DNA of 64,000 nt from NCBI GenBank assembly GCA_035621995.1, contig DASPWF010000009.1, positions 9,945 to 73,944 of the forward strand, read 5' to 3'. Source of the stretch: Steroidobacteraceae bacterium. GTDB lineage: Bacteria > Pseudomonadota > Gammaproteobacteria > Steroidobacterales > Steroidobacteraceae. The notes under the pieces are model-generated. The model had not been told where the DNA came from. It saw only the letters and a program-made list of their open reading frames with translations, and did no database searches. Positions 35,627 through 45,607 of the stretch are shown here, piece after piece (within the stretch, counting starts at the first letter, position 1; every line of letters starts with the position of its first letter). The position numbers were made by a program, and so were the translations under genes.

Positions 35627-38600
35627 TCAGCCCGCCTCGCGCGCCCTGGCGGTAGCTGCAGCCGGCTTACGGCGCTCCTGCCAGCGCTGCAAAATCACGA
35701 AGAACGAGGGGACGAACAGCACCGCAAGACAGGTCGAGGCGAGCATTCCGCTGAACACCGCTATGCCAATGGACTTGCGCGCCGAGGCTCCGGCGCCGCT
35801 TGCGAGCACCAGCGGCAGCACGCCCAGGATAAAGGCGAAGGACGTCATGACAATCGGGCGGAAGCGCTTCTCCGCCGCCTCGACCGCTGCGTCTGCGATG
35901 TCCTTGCCCTGCTCGTGCGCTTCGCGCGCGACCTCGACGATCAGAATCGCGTTCTTGGCGGACAATGCAATCAGCAGCACCAGGCCGATCTGCGTGTAGA
36001 GGTTGTTGGCGACACCGAGGGCCAAGAGCGCACCGCCGGTTCCGAGCAGTGCCAGCGGTACCGCGAAGATCACCGCGGCGGGCGTGACCCAACTGCCGTA
36101 CTGACCGGCGAGCACGAGGTACACGAGCGTTATCGCCAGCGCGAACACGATGTAGACGGAGCTTCCAGCCAGCTTTTCCTGATATGACATCGCCGTCCAC
36201 TCGCTCGCCATGCCGGGCGGGAGCAGGCGCGCGGTGAGGTCGTCCATGGTCTGCAACGATTGTCCCGAGCTGAAGCCGCTGGGGGTCAGCCCGTTAATCG
36301 AGCTCGAGGGGTAGAGGTTGTAGAGGCTGATGATCGCCGGTCCTTTCGCGTAATCGACGTCCGCCAGCGTACCGATTGGCACCATGGTGCCGCTCGCGCT
36401 GCGCACGTAGTAGCGCCGCAGGTCCTGCGGTGTCAGGCGATAATCACTGTCGGCCTGGACGAACACCGGAAAAACGTGACCGAACTTGGTGATCTCGCTG
36501 GTGTAGGTTGAGCCGAGATAGCTCTGCAGAGTGTCGAACACGTTGCCGATCGGCACGTTGAGAGCCTGGGCCTTGGCACGATTGATGTCGGCGCGCAACT
36601 GCGGGACGTTCGCGCGGAAGGTGGTGAACACGTGTTCGAGATCGCTTTGCGTATTGGCGTCGTTGACCAGCAGGTCGGTAACGCGCTGCAGCTTGTTGTA
36701 GTCGAAGCTGCCGTCGGTCAGCTCGAGCTGCTGCTGAAAACCACCTGAATTGCCGATGCCCTGGATGGGCGGCGGCGGCACGACCAGGACCTGTGCGGAT
36801 TCGATCTGTCCCAGCCGCTGCGCTAGCGTTTGGTAGAGCGTCTTGAGGTCCTGGCCCTTGGTCTTATAACGCTCGTCCCAGTCCGTGAGCGTCAGGTAGA
36901 TGACGCCAGCGTTGGCGAGCGAGGCACTGTTATCGAGGGCCGAGACCCCGCCAATGGTGATGGCGTGCTCCACTCCCGCAGTCTTGAGCGCCATATCGGC
37001 GATCCGGTTGAGCACCTCCTGGGTGCGCTCGAGCGATGCGGCATCGGGCAACAGCGCCGCGACCATCAGGTAGCCCTGATCCTCGATCGGTATGAAGCTG
37101 GTCGGGATGCGGGTGAGCGCGAATACCGCCGCTGCGATCAGCGTCACGGCGACGCACGCCATGAGGCCGCTGCGCTCAACCATGCGGCGGATGAGACGCC
37201 CGTAGGCGTGCTCGATCGGGTAATAGACACGGTCGAAGCCGCGATTGAACCAGTTCTTGCGCTGCTGCGGGTCGACGGGTTTCAGCCACAAGGCGCACTG
37301 GGTCGGTTTGAGCGTCGCGGCGTTGATCGCGCTGATCAGCGCGGTTGCCGCGATCACCAGCGCGAACTGGCGGTACATCTGACCGGTGATACCGGGCATA
37401 AACGCCGCCGGCAGGAACACCGACATGAGCACGAGGGTGATGCCGATGATCGGCCCGAGCAGCTCGCGCATCGCCCCGATGGAGGCATCGTGGGGTGTCT
37501 GGCCGCGCTCGATGTGCTGACTCACGCCCTCGACCACCACGATGGCATCGTCGACGACGATGCCGATCGCGAGCACCAGCGAGAGCAGCGTCAGCACGTT
37601 GATGGAGAAACCCATCGCCGCCATGGCAGCGAAGGCGCCAATGATGGTGACCGGCACGGTGGTCACCGGCACGAGTGTCGCCCGCCAGTTCTGCAGAAAC
37701 ACCAGGATCACGATCAGCACGAGCACGCCGGCCTCGAACAGCGTGCGGTAGACCTCGTGAATGGAGGCAGACACGAACTTTGTGGTGTCGAACGGAATGC
37801 TGTACTTGAGACCCTGGGGAAAGTCCCGGGACATCTCCCGCACCTTGGCCTGCACGGCCTGGGCGACGTCGAGGGCGTTGGCTTCCGGGAGCTGGAAGAT
37901 CGCGAGGCCGGCGGCAGGCTTGCCGTCCATGGTGAAAGACTGGCTGTAAGTCTGAGCACCGAGCTCGACGCGCGCGACATCCCGCACGCGCGTGATGGCC
38001 CGGCTGCCGCCAGCCGCCTGATCGGTCTTGACGATGATGTCCTCGAACTCCGTGACGTCACTCAGCGCGCCGGGCACGTTCACGGTCAGCTGAAAATCCT
38101 GCCCGCGAGAAGCCGGCGGGGTGCCCACCTGACCGGCCGCCACCTCCTGGCTCTGCTGGCGGATTGCGTTCATGACATCGCTGGGGGTGAGCGAGCGCGC
38201 CAGCAGCTGCTGCGGGTTGAGCCAGATGCGCATGCTGTACTGGCCGATGCCGAATATGTTCACGTCGCCGACGCCCGGCAGACGCGCCAGCACGTCGCGC
38301 ATGCGGATCGAGGCGTAATTACTCAGAAACAGGCTGTCGAAGCGCGGGTCGTCACTGGTGAGGGCGATGATCTGCAGGATGGCCGTGGACTTTTTCTTGG
38401 TGACCACTCCGTTGTTCTGTACCGCGTCCGGAAGCGATGCCAGTGCGGCAGCGACCCGGTTCTGCACCAGCACCTGCGCGAAGTCGAGGTCCGTGCCCAC
38501 CTTGAAGGTGACGGTGAGCGTGTAGTTGCCGTCGTTGGTGCTCGTCGACTGCATGTAGAGCATGTTTTCGACGCCGTTCACCTGTTGTTCGATCGGCAGC

Positions 38601-38788
38601 GCGACGGTGTTGATGAGGGTCTTGGCGTTCGCGCCAGGGTAGCGCGTCGTCACTTGCACGGTCGGCGGGGTGATGGGCGGGTACTGCGACACCGGCAGGG
38701 TGAAGATCGCCACGAAGCCGAGCAGCATGGTGAGCAGCGCGATGACATTGGCGAGCACTGGCCGCTCGATGAAGAATTTGGCGAGCAT
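35627..38788 (-). CDS. RND (HAE1, AcrB-like) efflux transporter permease
   Basis: I take the ATG at 38788. MLAKFFIERPVLANVIALLTMLLGFVAIFTLPVSQYPPITPPTVQVTTRYPGANA is the canonical AcrB N-terminus. It is 1053 aa. Confidence 0.93.
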   Translation of the reverse strand: MLAKFFIERPVLANVIALLTMLLGFVAIFTLPVSQYPPITPPTVQVTTRYPGANAKTLINTVALPIEQQVNGVENMLYMQSTSTNDGNYTLTVTFKVGTDLDFAQVLVQNRVAAALASLPDAVQNNGVVTKKKSTAILQIIALTSDDPRFDSLFLSNYASIRMRDVLARLPGVGDVNIFGIGQYSMRIWLNPQQLLARSLTPSDVMNAIRQQSQEVAAGQVGTPPASRGQDFQLTVNVPGALSDVTEFEDIIVKTDQAAGGSRAITRVRDVARVELGAQTYSQSFTMDGKPAAGLAIFQLPEANALDVAQAVQAKVREMSRDFPQGLKYSIPFDTTKFVSASIHEVYRTLFEAGVLVLIVILVFLQNWRATLVPVTTVPVTIIGAFAAMAAMGFSINVLTLLSLVLAIGIVVDDAIVVVEGVSQHIERGQTPHDASIGAMRELLGPIIGITLVLMSVFLPAAFMPGITGQMYRQFALVIAATALISAINAATLKPTQCALWLKPVDPQQRKNWFNRGFDRVYYPIEHAYGRLIRRMVERSGLMACVAVTLIAAAVFALTRIPTSFIPIEDQGYLMVAALLPDAASLERTQEVLNRIADMALKTAGVEHAITIGGVSALDNSASLANAGVIYLTLTDWDERYKTKGQDLKTLYQTLAQRLGQIESAQVLVVPPPPIQGIGNSGGFQQQLELTDGSFDYNKLQRVTDLLVNDANTQSDLEHVFTTFRANVPQLRADINRAKAQALNVPIGNVFDTLQSYLGSTYTSEITKFGHVFPVFVQADSDYRLTPQDLRRYYVRSASGTMVPIGTLADVDYAKGPAIISLYNLYPSSSINGLTPSGFSSGQSLQTMDDLTARLLPPGMASEWTAMSYQEKLAGSSVYIVFALAITLVYLVLAGQYGSWVTPAAVIFAVPLALLGTGGALLALGVANNLYTQIGLVLLIALSAKNAILIVEVAREAHEQGKDIADAAVEAAEKRFRPIVMTSFAFILGVLPLVLASGAGASARKSIGIAVFSGMLASTCLAVLFVPSFFVILQRWQERRKPAAATARAREAG

Positions 38789-38795
38789 GCGGGCG

Positions 38796-39938
38796 CTAGG
38801 GACCGGTACCGGCCTGCCTGGTCGGCGGCGTGAGCGGCCGCTCGGTCGGCGTGACCACATTGCCGGGTATCGCGCTCTGCAAGCCGTCGATGACGACTTC
38901 GCTATTGGCATCGAGGCCGGCGAGCACGGCGCGGAACCCGTTGTCGAGCGGACCGGTCTCGATGCGCTGCTGTTTCACCTTGTGGTCGGAACCTACGGTG
39001 AGCAGGTAGCCCCCGACCTGATCACTGCTGACCACCCGATCGGGCACCATCAAGCGCGCTACCGGCTCGGAGAGCGCAATGCGCACCCGTGCGAATAGCC
39101 CCGGGAGCAGGATACGGCTGGCATTGGGGACTATGGCGCGCAGTTGCAGAGTGCCGCTACCGGTATCGAGCCCGGTGGCGGCGAAATCGAGCGTGCCTTC
39201 GTGCGGGTAACCGTCCTCGGTCTGCAGCGCCACCTGCACCGGCACACGCGGCGCCTCGTGGATCTGTTTGCCCTGCGCCTCGGCCGCTGCACGCACCCGC
39301 AGCAAGTCGCGCTCGTTGATGCTGAAGTAGACGTAGGCAGGGTCGATCTGCTCGATCGTCGCGAGCTTGGTCGCAGTGCCCGCGGTACCGACCAGGTTGC
39401 CGGGATCAACCAGGTGCCGGTCGACACGCCCGTCGAATGGCGCGGTGATGCGCGTGTAGCCCAGGTTGATCTTGGCAAGCGTCACGGCCGCCGCGGCCTG
39501 ATCACGCTGCGAAAGCCACTTGTCGACGTTCGCCTGCGAGGTGGCATTCTGCTTGATCATGCGCAGCTGTCGGTCGTATTCGGCCTGCGCGTCCAGCAGC
39601 TGCGCCTGGTAGGAGGCGAGCTTGGCCTCATACGGCTCCGGCTCGATGACAAACAAGAGCTGTCCCGCCTTGACGAGGCTGCCGTCCTTGAAGTTGACAC
39701 TGCGCAGGTAGCCCTCGACGCGCGCCACCAGGTCGACGGTCTTGAACGCCGACACGGAACCGGTTTGCTGCAGATAGTCCGTGACCGGCATGCGCAGCGG
39801 TCTGCTCACCGTGACGGTTGGCGGCGGCGGCGGCTGGTACGCGTTGCGCTTGCCGCAGGCACTGAGCGCTGCGGCCGCCACCAGCCCTGCAACGAGCATG
39901 GTGAGCGCGCGAGGCTCAGCCCGAGAGTCAGTGCGCAT
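38796..39938 (-). CDS. RND efflux periplasmic adaptor (membrane fusion protein)
   Basis: I take the ATG at 39938. The lipobox is LSAC. The family pattern VSRPLRMPVTDYLQQTGSVSAFKTVDLVARVEGYL...V.AGQLLF.IEP is present. It lies 7 nt upstream of the permease. Confidence 0.9.
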   Translation of the reverse strand: MRTDSRAEPRALTMLVAGLVAAAALSACGKRNAYQPPPPPTVTVSRPLRMPVTDYLQQTGSVSAFKTVDLVARVEGYLRSVNFKDGSLVKAGQLLFVIEPEPYEAKLASYQAQLLDAQAEYDRQLRMIKQNATSQANVDKWLSQRDQAAAAVTLAKINLGYTRITAPFDGRVDRHLVDPGNLVGTAGTATKLATIEQIDPAYVYFSINERDLLRVRAAAEAQGKQIHEAPRVPVQVALQTEDGYPHEGTLDFAATGLDTGSGTLQLRAIVPNASRILLPGLFARVRIALSEPVARLMVPDRVVSSDQVGGYLLTVGSDHKVKQQRIETGPLDNGFRAVLAGLDANSEVVIDGLQSAIPGNVVTPTERPLTPPTRQAGTGP

Positions 39939-41520
39939 CGGCGCTCCCGGGAGGTTGTGCCGCGGATTCTTCGGTCGTCGGCAGCTCGGCGCCGCTGTCC
40001 GGGAGGTGTCCCCAGTTGGTGCGGCGCTCCATCTCCCGGCGCGTGTCCTCCGGCAGCAGCTGCTTGCCTTCGCGCAACTCCCAACCCCCGCCCAGTGCCC
40101 GATAAACACTCACGAGTGCGAGCGGTACGCCGCCACGCGCACTCGCCAGCGCGTCCTCGATCTGCAATTGCAGCTGCTGGGCCGTCAGCACCGTGGTGTA
40201 GTCGGCCGCCCCCTCCTTGTAGCGCACGACTGCGAGCTCGGTGGTGCGCCGCGCCGAGTTGGCCGCCTCGATGAGTGTGGCCAACGTCGCCTGCGCAGCA
40301 GCGAACGCCTCGCGCGCGTCCTCGACCTCCTGCTCCGCCTGCAGCACCGTATTCTGGTAGCTGAGGACCGCCTGCAGAAAGATCGCGTCCTGGACGCGCA
40401 CCGAGTTGACGATACGACCGTAGTTGAAGATCGGAAAAACAAACGAGGCGCCGGCGGCAGCCGCGCGGTTGTCCCAATTGAAGAGGTCGCTGGTCGAGTT
40501 GCCGCGCAGATTCGTACCCGCAAAGCCGAAGCTGCCGGTGAGCGAGAAGGCGGGAAAGAGGTTCGCCTTCGCGACACCGATGGCGGCGCTCTGCGCCGCG
40601 GCGGTCAGCTCCGCCTGCCGCACGTCCGGGCGCCGCCGCAGCAGATCCTTCGGCATGCCGGTCGCGACCGTACCCGGCGCTCCCGGGATGGGCGTCGTCG
40701 GTCCGAGCATGGCGTCGACGGCATCGGGCGTCACGCCGAGGAGCACCGCGAGGGAGTCCTTGGCCGAACGCAGCGAGCTTTCGAGTCCCGGGGTCTGCGC
40801 CTCGGTCTGCGCCAGCTGGGTCTCGGCCTGCTCCACATCGAGCTGGCTGGTCTCCCCTGCTTCGAATTGAGCCTGTGCGATGCGCAGGCTTTCCTGTTGG
40901 GTCTTCACGTTCTCTTCGATCACCTGGATGCGCTGCTCGAGAACGAGGATATTGAAATAGGTGCTGGCCACACCGGCGGTGAGGCTCACCAGTCCGCTGT
41001 CGTAAGCCGCCACCGAGGCCAGCATTGCCGCGCGATCGGCTTCGATGCCACGGCGGTACTTACCCCAGAAGTCGAGCTCCCAACTCGCGCTGAAGCCGAT
41101 CTGACTGGTGTCGAGTATCGGATTCTGACCCGGGAGCAGCAGTGTCGAGGCAGCCTGACGCTCGCGCTGTACCTGTCCGCCGAGCGCCTGCTGTTGCGGA
41201 AAGAGCTCGCCGATCGAGACGTTGAGTTGTGCCTGCGCCTGCAGAATGCGCGCCGCGGCTACCTGCAGCGACAGGTTGTTGTGGTAGGCCACATCGATCA
41301 GACGATCGAGGGTCGCGTCGTTAAAAAGCTTCCACCAGTCCGCCATCGCGGTTGGCTCCGCGGCGCTTCCGGGTGGCTCGCCGATCCAGTGCTCGGCCAC
41401 CGGCGATGGAGGGCGCTCGAAGTTCGGTCCGACCTTGCAAGCGCTCAGGGCAGCGAGCATGGCGCAGGCCGCCGGCGATACCAGCGGCTTGGCTGCGGCA
41501 CCCATTCGGCTGTCCGCCAT
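39928..41520 (-). CDS. Efflux outer-membrane factor lipoprotein (NodT family)
   Basis: I take the ATG at 41520. It contains MLAALSACKVGPNFERPPSP and WWKLFNDATLDRLI, with two OEP repeats. It overlaps the adaptor gene by 11 nt. Confidence 0.9.
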   Translation of the reverse strand: MADSRMGAAAKPLVSPAACAMLAALSACKVGPNFERPPSPVAEHWIGEPPGSAAEPTAMADWWKLFNDATLDRLIDVAYHNNLSLQVAAARILQAQAQLNVSIGELFPQQQALGGQVQRERQAASTLLLPGQNPILDTSQIGFSASWELDFWGKYRRGIEADRAAMLASVAAYDSGLVSLTAGVASTYFNILVLEQRIQVIEENVKTQQESLRIAQAQFEAGETSQLDVEQAETQLAQTEAQTPGLESSLRSAKDSLAVLLGVTPDAVDAMLGPTTPIPGAPGTVATGMPKDLLRRRPDVRQAELTAAAQSAAIGVAKANLFPAFSLTGSFGFAGTNLRGNSTSDLFNWDNRAAAAGASFVFPIFNYGRIVNSVRVQDAIFLQAVLSYQNTVLQAEQEVEDAREAFAAAQATLATLIEAANSARRTTELAVVRYKEGAADYTTVLTAQQLQLQIEDALASARGGVPLALVSVYRALGGGWELREGKQLLPEDTRREMERRTNWGHLPDSGAELPTTEESAAQPPGSADAH

Positions 41521-41730
41521 GAGCGTGCTCCGTAATCTTGGTGTCCGTTTATAGGTTCCGCGATCGATCGAGGATCGGAGCGCGGCTGGAGCGAGTGCGG
41601 CGAGTGTAATGCAGCAGTGGGACCGTGTCTGCCTTCGTTGACCGCGCCTTGCACGCATCACTAGAATCCCGCTCCGCCCGTGCCGTGCTCCGGCGTCCGG
41701 GGTCCGCCAAAACAAGAACGAGGGAACGTC

Positions 41731-44136
41731 ATGACCCGCTTGCTCTCGGCCCTTCTGACGACGGCGCGGCGTGCGCGCGGCACTGCACGGTCCCCCGCGG
41801 CTGCAGCCGTGTCAGTCGCGGCGCTGGGGTTTATCTTTGCGCCAGCGGCGCTGCCGCAGCAGCCCAACCCGCAGGCGCTCGCCGCGCAGGCCGCGGCCGC
41901 CGCGGCCTGGCCACACACAATCGAGCGCGAGGGGAACACAGTCACGGTCTATCAGCCACAGGCCATCGAGTGGCCCGAGCGCAAGCAGCTCAAAGCGCGC
42001 GCGGCACTCTCGATCGTACGTCCCGAGCAGCGCCAGCCGCTGATGGGAACCATCGAGCTAAGGCTCGCCACCACGGTCGACGAAGCCCATGGCATCGTCC
42101 ATCTTTCCGATCCGCAGCTGCTCTCGAGTCATTTCCCCGCCCTCGACACGCAGCAGGCGGCGGCGCTCGAAGCAAAGATCCGCGAAGCGCTGCCACAGAT
42201 GCAGATCCGCGAGGTGCCACTCGCTTCCGTGCTGCTGAGTCTCAAGCAGCTGCCGGTGGCCACCGTCGCGGTGAACAACTCCGCCCCGGTTATCTTCTAC
42301 GCCGATCGCCCGGCGAGCCTCGTGGTGTTCGACGGTGAGCCGGTGCTGGTCCCGGCCGGCAAGTCCGTGCTCACCTACGCGGTCAATACCAACTGGGCAG
42401 TGTTCGTCGAACACGGCACGTGGTTCCTCCTCAACAACGGCGTGTGGCTCTCTGCCACGCAGGTGGGCGGCCCGTATGAGCTGGTGACGCAGTTGCCCGA
42501 GACGTTTCAGGCACTGAAGAGAGAGCCCGAATTCAAGAATGTGGCCCGATACATCCCGGCAAAAGCTCCGCCGTCCAAGTACGTGGCACCGCAGATCTTC
42601 GTGAGCCAGAAGCCGGCGGAGATCATCGTCACTGCGGGGGCTCCGAGCCTGCGAGCGGTAACGGGCACCGGGCTGCAGCGTGTCGTCAACACGGCGAACG
42701 TGCTCTTCTATCACGCCGCCGAGAACCTCTACTACGTGCTGCTGTCCGGCCGCTGGTTCTCGGCGCGCACCTTTTCCGGCCCCTGGGAGTTTGCCACCGA
42801 TCGACTGCCGCCGGATTTCTCGCTCATCTCCCCGACCGGACCCGACGCTGCCGTGCTCGCTTCAGTTCCGGGCACCATCGCCGCGCAGGAGGCGGTGCTC
42901 GCGGCGCAGATCCCACAGACCGCCACACTCAAGCGCGATGCCGCAAAACTCACCGTAGTCTATTCCGGACCGCCGCATTTCGTGCCCCTCACCCCGACCA
43001 CGATGTTATACGCGGTCAACACCAACACCTACGTGCTGCAGGTGAATACAACCTACTACGCATGCGAAGGTGGCGCCTGGTTTTTCGCGCCCGCCCCTGC
43101 CGGACCCTGGGTGCTCGCCGAGAGCGTCCCGACGGTGATCTACACCATCCCGGCCAGCAGCCCTCTCTACCCGGTCACGTACGTGCATGTGTACGCCGCG
43201 ACACCGTTATACGTCACTTTCGGCTTCACGGCGGGCTACACGCTCGGCTATGTGAGCTCAGGAGTCCTGGTCTACGGAACCGGTTACTACTATCCGCCGG
43301 TCATCATTCCGGGACCCGTGCCGATCTATTATCCCTATCCATACACGTATGCGGGCGCGGTCTGGTACAACCCGAGCACTGGCGCGTGGGCACGCGGCGG
43401 CGCCATCTACGGACCCGCCGGCGGTGTCGCCAAAGGCGCTACCTACTACAACCCGACCACGGGCGCCTGGGCACAGGGCGGCGCGATCTACGGCCCCAAC
43501 GGCGGCGCAGGTGCCTGGTCCGCCTACAACCCGAGCACCGGCAGCTACGCGCACGGCAGCGCCTCGTGGAGCAACGGCAGCGGCAGTGCCAATGCGAGCT
43601 ACTACAACGCCCGAACCGGCGTCTCCGGTTCGACGAATCAGAACGTCAATCCGTACGGTCGCTGGGGCTCGAGCACGTTCGCCGGCCCGAATCAGACGGT
43701 GAATACCCAAAGCCGCGCTAACAGCAATGGCCGGGCGGGAAGCTTCGACTCATCGACCGGCGCCAAAGGCGCCGGCTACCAGAACGCGGTTACCGGCGGC
43801 AGTGGCGGCGCGGTGAAGACGCAAGGCGGCGATGTCTATGCCGGCCACGACGGCAACGTCTATAAACATACCGACAGCGGCTGGTCCAAGTACGTCGATG
43901 GCAGCTGGAACGCGGTCCAGCCGCCCGCCAACCATGCGAATCCTCCGGCTGCCAACGCCAACACGCTCGGCGGCGCGCAGGGTCGGGGCGGGACTAACGC
44001 GGGTGGCTCCATGGATCGCGGCAATTACCAGCAACTCGAGCAGGATCGGCTCGGTCGCCAGGCAGGTGGCGGCCGCTGGGGCGGCGGCGGCCGGGAGCAG
44101 TACGGTAGCCGCGAGGGCGGCGCACGCCGGCGCTAA
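41731..44136 (+). CDS. Large secreted hypothetical protein (801 aa) with a Gly/Tyr/Asn-rich repeat C-terminal half
   Basis: I take the ATG at 41731, which has GAGGGAA upstream. A signal-like N-terminus precedes a structured about 500-aa region. YYPPVIIPGPVPIYYPYPYTY follows, then repeats and a GGRWGGGGREQYGSREGGARRR tail. I cannot name a family with confidence. Confidence 0.75.
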   Translation: MTRLLSALLTTARRARGTARSPAAAAVSVAALGFIFAPAALPQQPNPQALAAQAAAAAAWPHTIEREGNTVTVYQPQAIEWPERKQLKARAALSIVRPEQRQPLMGTIELRLATTVDEAHGIVHLSDPQLLSSHFPALDTQQAAALEAKIREALPQMQIREVPLASVLLSLKQLPVATVAVNNSAPVIFYADRPASLVVFDGEPVLVPAGKSVLTYAVNTNWAVFVEHGTWFLLNNGVWLSATQVGGPYELVTQLPETFQALKREPEFKNVARYIPAKAPPSKYVAPQIFVSQKPAEIIVTAGAPSLRAVTGTGLQRVVNTANVLFYHAAENLYYVLLSGRWFSARTFSGPWEFATDRLPPDFSLISPTGPDAAVLASVPGTIAAQEAVLAAQIPQTATLKRDAAKLTVVYSGPPHFVPLTPTTMLYAVNTNTYVLQVNTTYYACEGGAWFFAPAPAGPWVLAESVPTVIYTIPASSPLYPVTYVHVYAATPLYVTFGFTAGYTLGYVSSGVLVYGTGYYYPPVIIPGPVPIYYPYPYTYAGAVWYNPSTGAWARGGAIYGPAGGVAKGATYYNPTTGAWAQGGAIYGPNGGAGAWSAYNPSTGSYAHGSASWSNGSGSANASYYNARTGVSGSTNQNVNPYGRWGSSTFAGPNQTVNTQSRANSNGRAGSFDSSTGAKGAGYQNAVTGGSGGAVKTQGGDVYAGHDGNVYKHTDSGWSKYVDGSWNAVQPPANHANPPAANANTLGGAQGRGGTNAGGSMDRGNYQQLEQDRLGRQAGGGRWGGGGREQYGSREGGARRR
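43366..43650 (+). repeat. Coding tandem repeats, about 26-27 aa period, about 4 copies
   Basis: The copies are YNPSTGAWARGGAIYGPAGG / YNPTTGAWAQGGAIYGPNGG / YNPSTGSYAHGSASWSNGSG / YNARTGVSGSTNQN. Their Tyr codons fall at 43366, 43447, 43525 and 43603. Confidence 0.8.
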
Positions 44137-44161
44137 TCGCACTGCAAACTCCGGAGTCACC

Positions 44162-44677
44162 ATGATGAAACGACTTGCGAACCTTGCTGTCGGACTGCTG
44201 CTTGTGAGCAGCGCCTGCGCTCCGCTCGCTGCACAGCAGCTCACCGATGCGCAGCGCTCTGCCATCAAGAGTGCCTGCCGCGGCGACTACCAGAATGTCT
44301 GCGCCGACGTGCCGCCGGGAACCAAGGATGCGCTGCAGTGCCTGCTGCAGCACAGCCAGCAGGTCTCGACCGGGTGCCAAGCCGCGCTCGCGCCGGCGGC
44401 TGCGAGCTCGGGCACCGCTCCAGCCTCGAGCAGTGTCGCCGCGGCGACCACGGCCGCAGCCGGCAGCGCACCCGCAGCGGTGCCGCCGATGGCACGCCCG
44501 CTCGCGCCGCGCGAGGAAGCGCACCTGCTGCGGGTTCAGTGCGGTGCGGACTTTCAGAAGCTCTGTTCTAACGTGCAGCTCGGCGGAGGCCGCGGAGTCG
44601 CATGCCTGCGCGAGCAGGCGGGCAACCTGACGCCGGCATGTCGCTCGGCGCTCATGTCAGCTTCCGCGCCGCACTGA
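44162..44677 (+). CDS. Secreted cysteine-rich-repeat protein (2 repeats)
   Basis: I take the ATG at 44162. The signal peptide is MMKRLANLAVGLLLVSSACAPLAA. There are two copies of C-x2-D[YF]Q-x2-C-x-[DN]V-x(6-7)-CL-x(9)-C-x2-AL, separated by an Ala/Ser-rich linker. Confidence 0.75.
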   Translation: MMKRLANLAVGLLLVSSACAPLAAQQLTDAQRSAIKSACRGDYQNVCADVPPGTKDALQCLLQHSQQVSTGCQAALAPAAASSGTAPASSSVAAATTAAAGSAPAAVPPMARPLAPREEAHLLRVQCGADFQKLCSNVQLGGGRGVACLREQAGNLTPACRSALMSASAPH

Positions 44678-44711
44678 ATCGCCACGATCCCCTGACCTGC
44701 GCTCGCTCTCC

Positions 44712-45377
44712 CTACTTGTGCCGGTTCAGGAAGCGATCGAGGGCATCGCCGAAGTCGTCGGCGCCGCGCGTGATGCCAAGCTCGGCGGCGCGCAGCTTGC
44801 CGAGGCCTGAGGTGATGTCGAGGGCGATCGGGCTCTCAGTGGCCACAAAGCCCGCGATCGGCTCGCCGGATTCGGTGTCGAACATCTCCCCGGAGACCGT
44901 CACTGAACCGATCAGCGCCGAGGATTGTCCCGTTACGGTCTTGGCGGCGCTCATGCCGAGGCCGAGCGGGGTGAGGCGAAGCACGGTCGAGGCCACTGGC
45001 TTGCTCTCCTTGAGTCCCGCGAGCGTCAGGTGCAGTCGCACGACACCCTGACCGGGTTGAGTCGCGAGGGGGTACTTGCGCTTGGCGAGCTCGTTCCTGA
45101 AGTCGGTGGTGAGCTGCGCCGCGAGTCGTGCCTTGTCCTCTTCGCTGGCGCTGCCGAAATCGGCGTCGGCCGCACGGTAGACATCGGCATCATCGACAAA
45201 GAGGAACTTGTACTTCCCCGCCTGCAGGTTCGGCGATTTGTAGACGAGTGTCCCGGGGTACTGACCCGGTGAAAGTGGCAGCTGATCGCCGAGACCGGCG
45301 GTGGTTTTCGGCGTATGACTCGGGCATCCGGCGAGCAGAAACGCGCCACAGCAGGCGCCAATGTAAAGGCGACGCAC
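44712..45377 (-). CDS. Lipoprotein, DUF3313-like
   Basis: The start is GTG. MRRLYIGACCGAFLLAGC contains a lipobox. It is about 220 aa. The family assignment is from memory of DUF3313 architecture only. Confidence 0.6.
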   Translation of the reverse strand: MRRLYIGACCGAFLLAGCPSHTPKTTAGLGDQLPLSPGQYPGTLVYKSPNLQAGKYKFLFVDDADVYRAADADFGSASEEDKARLAAQLTTDFRNELAKRKYPLATQPGQGVVRLHLTLAGLKESKPVASTVLRLTPLGLGMSAAKTVTGQSSALIGSVTVSGEMFDTESGEPIAGFVATESPIALDITSGLGKLRAAELGITRGADDFGDALDRFLNRHK

Positions 45378-45607
45378 GGTTGTTCTCCCCGGTGTTCCTC
45401 TTGGAGTTCACGAACTTCAACACCCGCACTTCAGCATAGCAAGTGCAACCAACGGCTGCTTCGTTGCGTGGAGTTCGTCGCCCACAGAGAGCTGCCGAGC
45501 AAACGCTGGCGCGCGTGGCCGCCGAGCTCCGGGAACGGTGGCGACGCGCGGCGCGGGTTCGGGCTGTCGTGTCCGGACCGTTGGTCTTGTCGGCCCGCAG
45601 CTGCAGG

